From positions 177,955 through 241,954 of the forward strand of contig JAAZYP010000001.1 in assembly GCA_014239585.1 (NCBI GenBank): DNA of 64,000 bases, read 5' to 3'. A model generated the notes under the pieces. That model did no database searches and was not told where the DNA came from. It saw only the letters and a list, made by a program, of their open reading frames with translations. Origin of the DNA: Nanobdellota archaeon. Lineage in GTDB: Archaea; Nanobdellota; Nanobdellia; UBA10117; ARS21. Of this stretch, positions 57,526-64,000 are shown one piece after another (position 1 is the first letter of the stretch; every line of letters begins with the position of its first letter). The translations under genes and the position numbers were made by a program.

Positions 57526-57980
57526 TATTTAGTCTCCTTCTTACGTGAAGCTACTCCGCCAGTTCTTCCAGTAGATTTAGTACTTTGACCTCTGACTTTC
57601 TTTGAACCGGAAGCATGTCTAACTCCTCGATAAGATTTAATCTTTCTCATTAATCTAATATCGAATTGTTTTCTTAAATCAAGATCTGCTGAAAGTAAAT
57701 GTTCATCTTTTCCTGAATCGCGATCTTTTCGTCGATTAAATAACCATGAAGGAATATTATATTTTGTGGGGTTTCTAATACAATCTTCGATCTTTTCAAT
57801 TTCTTTTAACGGATAATCTCCGCATCGTTTTCTTCGATCTAAGTTTAGAACCTTGCACACTGCATTAGCTAACATAAAAGACATACCTTTAGGTAGAGTC
57901 AACGCGTGACCCATAGGAACTTTTCCCATGATATCTTTATCTCCTAGTCTTATGATCTCTCTGAAGCTTTCATCAGTCAT
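57525..57980 (-). CDS. rps13: 30S ribosomal protein S13 (uS13)
   Basis: IPSWLFNRRKD, SYRGVRH, VRGQ. Confidence 0.97.
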   Translation of the reverse strand: MTDESFREIIRLGDKDIMGKVPMGHALTLPKGMSFMLANAVCKVLNLDRRKRCGDYPLKEIEKIEDCIRNPTKYNIPSWLFNRRKDRDSGKDEHLLSADLDLRKQFDIRLMRKIKSYRGVRHASGSKKVRGQSTKSTGRTGGVASRKKETK

Positions 57981-58107
57981 GACTTTCTATTTTTAGTGTC
58001 ATTTTTAAAGCTTTTGATAAAAAATCTGATGACGGAATTGAAGTTTTTTCTAAACTGTCTTTTGGTATTAATTTATTCTGTTTTAGCCTCATTTTAAAAA
58101 AAATGAA

Positions 58108-58189
58108 CGCCGAGGGTGGGATTTGAACCCACGATCCCGATGGGACAGGATTTCCAATCCTGCGCAATACCTGGCTATGCGACCTCGGC
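58108..58189 (-). tRNA. tRNA-Ser(GGA)
   Basis: GCCGAGG...CCTCGGC-G; arm CAGGA-TTGGAAA-TCCTG; long variable arm. Confidence 0.95.
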
Positions 58190-58273
58190 AATAAAAAAGG
58201 GGCGTCGATGTACGTTTATAAAACTTTTCTAAACTATCTATAGATTTAAATAATTCTCAGCCTTACTAAAATT

Positions 58274-58681
58274 ATGAAGCGAAAAATACAAAAACATCTT
58301 CACGAAAATGAAGAAATCTTACATATCGAAATTCCTTCTTGGATGAAATATCATAAAGAAATAATTTTAAGTCCATTAATTTTGCCTTTGATTCATGCCG
58401 TTTTGAGAAAATATTCAACTCACCTAGTTATTACTAATGATCGTGTTCTTACTCGTCACGGAATAATTGGTGAACATTCCAAAGGAGTAAAATTTGATAA
58501 TATAACTACAATTAAAGTTCATCAAAGTGCAATGGGTGCATTAATGAATTACGGCCATATTCATGTTCATACACAATCTGGTGGACATGCAGATTTAAAT
58601 TTTCATTTTATAAAAAATCCCATTACTGTGAAAAAGGCAATAGAGCGTGGAATGAATTCTAAAAATCCTTTGGAAGCATAA
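58274..58681 (+). CDS. bacterial PH domain membrane protein
   Basis: ITNDRV..RHGII, I..I.V.QS......YGHI. Confidence 0.85.
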   Translation: MKRKIQKHLHENEEILHIEIPSWMKYHKEIILSPLILPLIHAVLRKYSTHLVITNDRVLTRHGIIGEHSKGVKFDNITTIKVHQSAMGALMNYGHIHVHTQSGGHADLNFHFIKNPITVKKAIERGMNSKNPLEA

Positions 58682-58811
58682 CTGGAATTCCGGACTCAAT
58701 TTCAAAATTTCGAATACACTTTTTACAAATTAATTTATTTTTCTTTTTATCAAAGGTTAAATTTCCTTTATCGTCTGGGCAACATAATATTTCAATTAAT
58801 TCTTTATCCAT
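58659..58811 (-). CDS. trm112: Trm112 family protein (50 aa)
   Basis: Not in ORF track. MDKELIEILCCPDDKGNL...LICKKC...FEIESGIPVML. Confidence 0.9.
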   Translation of the reverse strand: MDKELIEILCCPDDKGNLTFDKKKNKLICKKCIRNFEIESGIPVMLPKDF

Positions 58812-59715
58812 TTGGTATCAAATTCAGGAAATTGCGTACTGCAACACCTTCTTTAGATGTTTTGAATGATTTTGAATCTGCTTTTGCAATTCCTATTCCT
58901 ATTAATTCATTCTTCCTATTAAATACAGCGATTTTTTCTTTTTCAAATATTCCTTTTGAGAATTTTAAAATTCCATTAAAATAAACTGGTGATCCGTATG
59001 ACCAAGGTTTAAGAACTCCGTCGTCCACCCAAACTTTTCTAATTTCAGACACTGCTTTTTCAAGTGGTATCAAAACTTTTCTTAATTTAGTTTCATCACC
59101 CATTAAATAATTTCTAACTTTATTTTCTGGAATTGCATCTTTTTCAGTAAATGGTCCACTCTTAGTCCTCCTGAGTTCGAACATATGTGCACCTGTTCCA
59201 AGGTCTACACCAATATCATGAATTAATTTTCGGATATATGTTCCTGCTTGACACTCAACATCAATTACTGCAATTCGATCTTTAAAACTAATTAATTTTA
59301 TTGAATAAATTTCTCGTTCACGCGTCTGACGTTTAACTGCCGATACTTTTGGAACTCTTTGCATTATTTTACCAGTAAATTTCTTTAGAGCTTTTTTAAG
59401 ATCAGTTTTAGAAACATCTTTATGAATATTCATTGTTGCCAAATATTTTTTTCTAGATAATGACAATACTGAAGATATTTTGTTCCCTCTATTCAAAAAT
59501 ATTGGTAATACTCCCGTAGTTATTGGATCCAATGTTCCTGCGTGTCCAGCTTTTTTAAATTTGAACTCTTCTCTCAAAAATTCTGTTGATTCTCGTGATT
59601 TTGGTCCTTTTGATTTATCCAAAATTAATAAAGAATATTCTTTCAAATGTTCTATTGATTTCTTTGGTGTTCGTTTATTTATTTTTATTTCTGGAGCCCT
59701 AATAATTATATCCAT
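58804..59715 (-). CDS. cbf5: Cbf5/TruB pseudouridine synthase
   Basis: DKSKGP, GHAGTLDP, GTYIR, ELRRT, PUA domain. Confidence 0.95.
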   Translation of the reverse strand: MDIIIRAPEIKINKRTPKKSIEHLKEYSLLILDKSKGPKSRESTEFLREEFKFKKAGHAGTLDPITTGVLPIFLNRGNKISSVLSLSRKKYLATMNIHKDVSKTDLKKALKKFTGKIMQRVPKVSAVKRQTREREIYSIKLISFKDRIAVIDVECQAGTYIRKLIHDIGVDLGTGAHMFELRRTKSGPFTEKDAIPENKVRNYLMGDETKLRKVLIPLEKAVSEIRKVWVDDGVLKPWSYGSPVYFNGILKFSKGIFEKEKIAVFNRKNELIGIGIAKADSKSFKTSKEGVAVRNFLNLIPNG

Positions 59716-59716
59716 T

Positions 59717-60124
59717 CTATTGAACTTTCAATACTTTTCTAAAAATTGTTGAAAATAAAATTGATAATAAAATATATGATCCCAACCATCCAAGATGTCC
59801 GGACCAAAATGGAAGTGGAATTACAATTATTCCTGCCATTGTTTTCTTCAACCATGAAAACACTAAGATTAAGGGTAAAAAATAATACATCATTGGTTTG
59901 AAAGACATTTTCATTTGCTTCATTGAAAGTTCCATCATTTTTGGTTGAATTTCTTTCATTTTATCGATATTATTTCGATTAGATTTCATTTCTTTTTGAT
60001 ATTTTTTAATTTGTTTTTTAATTTCACGAACTACATTTTGATCAATTGCAAATTTATTTACAATTGTAATCATAAACGATACCATCATGGCAACCAATGT
60101 TACTGTTGTTAATGGTCCCATCAT
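59717..60124 (-). CDS. DUF106 / EMC3-TMCO1 (Oxa1 superfamily) membrane protein
   Basis: TM-coiled coil-SFKPM-TM, GWLGSY; after secY. Confidence 0.88.
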   Translation of the reverse strand: MMGPLTTVTLVAMMVSFMITIVNKFAIDQNVVREIKKQIKKYQKEMKSNRNNIDKMKEIQPKMMELSMKQMKMSFKPMMYYFLPLILVFSWLKKTMAGIIVIPLPFWSGHLGWLGSYILLSILFSTIFRKVLKVQ

Positions 60125-61506
60125 TCTTCGCCTCCCATCATTTTTCTCAAAGATGGATGCATATCCATTGCATGTTCTTTAGCGATTTTTTCATAAAATT
60201 GATAAATAATCATAACTGCCAATAAAATACCTGTTCCTCTACTCAGAGATCCCATTAAATCTGCTATAGCTGCTAATAATCCTACGGTTGCTCCACCCAT
60301 AACTGTTAAACCAGGAATATATCGATTTAGAATACTTTCTAAAACTCTCGGATCTCGTCTAAATCCTGGAACTTGAAGTCCTGAAGATAAAATTTGTTTT
60401 GCTTGAGCTTCTGCACTCATATTTGCAGTCTTTACCCAAAGTACGGAAAAAAATGCTGATCCTGCAATCAACATCGTAGTATATACTAATGCTTGTAACA
60501 TAATCTCTCCATTTAATCCTCCGAGAACTGCAGATTGGACTATGTTCGGAGTATTTACCCACTTAACTAATCCTGTTGCAGGTGCACCGTTTGCAAATGT
60601 TCCCAATAACGGATAGCCGTAATTTTCGAGCAATCTCGCCCATAACTGAACATTAGCCATCAATGCTGCAACTAAAATGACAGGTATATTTGATGTATAT
60701 AAAAATTTCAACGGCCATCTCATTCCATAACCTCTAACTCTTCCGAACGATAACGGAATTTCAACTTTCATTGCTGAACCATATATCGACATTACGAATA
60801 CCAATACTGTTGCTGCAACTGCAATTACTGATAATAATACACCTGTTGCATCACCTGATCCCAGTGCTTGAATAAGATATGGAATTTTACCGACAGGTAC
60901 TTCTGGATTTAATGGACTTGGAAATGGGCTAAACGCTGCGATAAATATTTCTCGAGATACTCCGGCTGCGATAAATAATGATACTCCTGATCCAAATCCC
61001 CACTTTTGGGCAACTCCATCCATAAGTACAATCATATATCCTCCAACAATTAATTGTAAAATCAATATTGCTTGCATTAATCCATAAGATGGGGCTGTTG
61101 CCAACGGGGTCAATCCGCCCATTATTACATAAATGAATGCTTCAAATAATACAAATGCTAAAATGAATACTTTTTGTAATGATTGAAATTTTGCCCTACC
61201 TTCCGGTTTGGAAATATCCATATTCAGGATCCCCGAACCGACCAATAATTGTAATACGATACTTGCTGTAACGATTGGACCAATACCTAAAGATATAAGC
61301 GATCCAAAACTTGCACCTAATATTGTGGAAAGAGATTCAAATTGACTTAATGCATTTTGACCTAAACCATATAATGGAATGTGTAATAACACAAAATACA
61401 TTAACAAAATTAATCCAGTCCATTTTAATTTATCATTAAAAGTTAACTTTTTTTCTGGTCCTGCGACTTCAGGAATATACCTGGATAATTTAGTAGTTAA
61501 ACTCAT
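60121..61506 (-). CDS. secY: preprotein translocase SecY
   Basis: LGIGPIVTASI, GSGVSLFI, YTSNIP, GTGILL. Confidence 0.98.
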   Translation of the reverse strand: MSLTTKLSRYIPEVAGPEKKLTFNDKLKWTGLILLMYFVLLHIPLYGLGQNALSQFESLSTILGASFGSLISLGIGPIVTASIVLQLLVGSGILNMDISKPEGRAKFQSLQKVFILAFVLFEAFIYVIMGGLTPLATAPSYGLMQAILILQLIVGGYMIVLMDGVAQKWGFGSGVSLFIAAGVSREIFIAAFSPFPSPLNPEVPVGKIPYLIQALGSGDATGVLLSVIAVAATVLVFVMSIYGSAMKVEIPLSFGRVRGYGMRWPLKFLYTSNIPVILVAALMANVQLWARLLENYGYPLLGTFANGAPATGLVKWVNTPNIVQSAVLGGLNGEIMLQALVYTTMLIAGSAFFSVLWVKTANMSAEAQAKQILSSGLQVPGFRRDPRVLESILNRYIPGLTVMGGATVGLLAAIADLMGSLSRGTGILLAVMIIYQFYEKIAKEHAMDMHPSLRKMMGGEE

Positions 61507-61536
61507 AATATGAATTAAGACGCAGACTTATATTTC

Positions 61537-61998
61537 TTACTCTTGAATTTTTCCGCCAGCCGCTTCTAATTTTTCTTTTGCTTTAACAGAGTGGGCCATA
61601 ATCGTTATATTAATTTTTTTATCTAATTCGCCATCAGAAAGAAGTTTATCGTATCCTAATTTTGATAGATTGACTGAATAAACATCTTTTGTCTTTTTTG
61701 CTTTTGCAGATTTTACCCAATTTTCAATTTGATTGGATAATTTTGATAGATTAATTGTGTTTGCGATAATTGAACTATTTCTAACAACTTCCATTCCAGT
61801 GTTATTATTCGCAATTTTACCTACTGCTTTTTTTCCTTGAGATAGCGGAAGTGTTTTCTTCTGAGCTCCTCGTTTTCCAAGTCCTGCTCGTCCTCTTCCG
61901 CCTCGATTTCCTGCACCTCGATGCTTCTTACCCATTCCCCAACCGTGTGTTCGTTTTCCTCTTTGTTTTCGAGATTTAGATTCTTTTCGAATTACCAT
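61537..61998 (-). CDS. rpl15: 50S ribosomal protein L15 (uL15)
   Basis: RG.RTHGWG..KHRGAGNRGGRG. Confidence 0.97.
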   Translation of the reverse strand: MVIRKESKSRKQRGKRTHGWGMGKKHRGAGNRGGRGRAGLGKRGAQKKTLPLSQGKKAVGKIANNNTGMEVVRNSSIIANTINLSKLSNQIENWVKSAKAKKTKDVYSVNLSKLGYDKLLSDGELDKKINITIMAHSVKAKEKLEAAGGKIQE

Positions 61999-62483
61999 TA
62001 TAACATTTTAATCACTAATTTATTCATATCTTTACTTCGATATCCTAATGATCCTCCTCTAGCATATGGTTTTTTAATTCCCAATCTTTCGAATCCTCCG
62101 ATTGGCGGATGAAGTTTAAAGAAAGTTTTAACTCCGGTTAAATCTTTCAAATTTGCTTTTCCTTCAGACATTGCTTTTGAAAATGATTTTATATCAGATT
62201 TTACGGTTTTCTTAACATAAGTTTCAGTTAAATCTTTGTTTCCCGGAAGTTTTGCTCTTTTTGTAAGAATTTCTTCAACTGTTTCTGCAGTAATTTCTCC
62301 AAAAGTACAATAATCTTTAACTTTGTTGATCATACCTCTCATCGACGGCGTATTTTGTGTAATAATTAATCTGTGTTTTCTATGAAGTTTCATTAAATTT
62401 AAACAATCTCGAATATCTGGATTGATTCCAACTTCACCTCTAATTCTCACTACTGCAATTAATTTTCCGTCAATTTCTTTCAT
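61998..62483 (-). CDS. rpl30: 50S ribosomal protein L30 (uL30)
   Basis: AVVRIRG, LHPPIGG, GSLGYR. Confidence 0.97.
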   Translation of the reverse strand: MKEIDGKLIAVVRIRGEVGINPDIRDCLNLMKLHRKHRLIITQNTPSMRGMINKVKDYCTFGEITAETVEEILTKRAKLPGNKDLTETYVKKTVKSDIKSFSKAMSEGKANLKDLTGVKTFFKLHPPIGGFERLGIKKPYARGGSLGYRSKDMNKLVIKML

Positions 62484-63250
62484 CTTGTTATTGAACCATA
62501 TTTGACTAATGGTTTTTGAGCCTCTTTGATTTTTAATCCTGTTGTTTCATTTAATGCAGACATTGTTGCATTAACTAAATTAATTTTTTGTCTTGTTTGA
62601 CCTTTCGATTTTGACCAAACGTCTTTAATTCCGGCTAATTTGAAAATTTTCTTTAATTCATTTTCGACTACTAATCCCGTACCTGGTGGTGCTGGCATGA
62701 ATTTTACTTCAACAGATCCACTTTTTCCTTTGATTTCAAATGCGATTGAATTGGGTTCCGAAATTTCACTTTCCCATGATCCGTTTCCTCTCGCAATTTG
62801 CATAAGATTTAATTTAGCATTTCGTATAGATTTTTCTCTTGCAGGAACAGTTTCTTTTGCTCTTCCTAATCCTACTCCCACATATCCGTCTTTATTTCCA
62901 ACTACTGCTAAAACAGTAAATACTGGTCGGTTTCCATCCTTTGTTTTCTTTTGGGTTGTTCGGAAAATAGTTCTTTTTCCTCCACCAAATTTACCTTTTC
63001 TTTGTCCGATATTAATATAATCTGATTCTAAATTTGGAATTAATGCATCAATAATTTCTGATTCTAAAATTCTACGGCCCATATTCAATACTTCTTCAAT
63101 ACTTGTAATTTCGCCTGCTTTTACTTTTTTACCGATTTCGGTTTTTGGTTTCCAAGATTCAATTAATGCTGCTCTTCTATCTTCGGGACTTATTTCTACA
63201 CGTGGTCTTCTTTGTGGTCTTCTCTGTTGTCGTCCGTGATTTGATTTCAT
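62480..63250 (-). CDS. rps5: 30S ribosomal protein S5 (uS5)
   Basis: WKPKTEIG, VVGNKDGYVG, PAPPGTGLV. Confidence 0.97.
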   Translation of the reverse strand: MKSNHGRQQRRPQRRPRVEISPEDRRAALIESWKPKTEIGKKVKAGEITSIEEVLNMGRRILESEIIDALIPNLESDYINIGQRKGKFGGGKRTIFRTTQKKTKDGNRPVFTVLAVVGNKDGYVGVGLGRAKETVPAREKSIRNAKLNLMQIARGNGSWESEISEPNSIAFEIKGKSGSVEVKFMPAPPGTGLVVENELKKIFKLAGIKDVWSKSKGQTRQKINLVNATMSALNETTGLKIKEAQKPLVKYGSITR

Positions 63251-63251
63251 T

Positions 63252-63743
63252 TTATTTGCTTCCTCTTAGCTTTTTTAAATCTGCTGAAATGTCTTTAGAA
63301 ATATGCTCTCCGTTTAGTCTTTCTTCGGAAGGAAATGCTTTTTCAGAATGAGGTATATTTAATCCTCCTTCGATTGCACCTTTCAATACAGCATAAATTC
63401 TACAACCTTTTGTAGGTGTATATGATCCCATATCAAAAATTGCTTCCTTAACTTTTGCTTTAGTTGCCAATTTTGCAATTTCTAAACCTGATAAATATGC
63501 TGCGGGAACATTTACACATGAATGTTTCCATCCTTTTTTCTTTAAAGAAACTGAATTAAATTGTGCTAATACTCTATCTCCTAATTCATCATAATTTACT
63601 AATTGAATATTCAGATATTTGTTTGATCTTCGAACTACCAATCTGGGTTTTTCTGATTTCATGAATGCTAATCTCTTTTTGTAGTTGGTTTTTCCAGATC
63701 TACGTCTTCTGAATTTTACACTGTAACTCTTTCCTGTTGCCAT
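63252..63743 (-). CDS. rpl18: 50S ribosomal protein L18 (uL18)
   Basis: RRRRSGKTNYKKRL, PAAYL.G, IPHS. Confidence 0.97.
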   Translation of the reverse strand: MATGKSYSVKFRRRRSGKTNYKKRLAFMKSEKPRLVVRRSNKYLNIQLVNYDELGDRVLAQFNSVSLKKKGWKHSCVNVPAAYLSGLEIAKLATKAKVKEAIFDMGSYTPTKGCRIYAVLKGAIEGGLNIPHSEKAFPSEERLNGEHISKDISADLKKLRGSK

Positions 63744-64000
63744 TATTTTTTAGCCTCCTTCTTAAACAAATTATTCTGTTCAATATACTGTAATAACTGT
63801 CTTTTATGTTTGAAGAATCCGCCTTTTGCTTTTAAGTAAAGCATTTTCCAATCATTCGATTCAATTAATCCTCGATTCTTGAAAGATTTTAATAATTTTC
63901 GTTGAAGTCTAATTCGATTAATCCAATCGTGTTTTGAATTGTGTCTTGCATTTGAACTTCCAACTCGTTTAGCTTGACCTCTTTGCCTACCTTTTCGTTT
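63743..64000 (-). CDS. rpl19e: 50S ribosomal protein L19e, C-terminal part (5' end off window)
   Basis: Not in ORF track. KRKGRQRG...WINRIRLQR...LYLKAKGGFFKHK. Confidence 0.93.
   Translation of the reverse strand, partial: KRKGRQRGQAKRVGSSNARHNSKHDWINRIRLQRKLLKSFKNRGLIESNDWKMLYLKAKGGFFKHKRQLLQYIEQNNLFKKEAKK

Noticed and set aside
1..64000. Alternative genetic code
   Set aside because: Conserved genes are full length under code 11, and TAA, TAG and TGA all terminate genes.

Overview
AT-rich archaeal chromosome segment. Gene content (aEF-1A, aEF-2, GatDE, TFE, Rpo3/Rpo10, aCPSF1, proteasome beta, Mre11/Rad50/NurA/HerA, Cbf5, eS1, eL18, eL19), reduced ribosomal operons, many short orphan genes and TATA boxes just upstream of start codons suggest a DPANN (Woesearchaeota/Pacearchaeota-like) organism; the lineage call is inference. 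The window is mostly housekeeping: partial guaB at the left end, translation, transcription, repair and division genes, 13 intron-less tRNAs without encoded CCA, and the distal spc plus alpha ribosomal clusters at the right end. I saw no CRISPR array, transposase, integrase or complete rRNA, and no unmistakable new multi-gene system. The best leads are a 1.4 kb membrane-gene islet bounded by a duplicated tRNA-Glu 3' end, a family of short palindromes abutting tRNA 3' ends, an unannotated stand-alone TFB-type zinc-ribbon microprotein, complementary 5' and 3' UTRs around ftsZ, a structured rps15 leader, a PC4-like gene amid the double-strand-break repair genes, a 5S-helix-I-like stub, and loss of metal-binding cysteines or domains in TFE, Rpo3, ProRS and GatE. 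All product calls come from reading motifs by eye; no database search was run.
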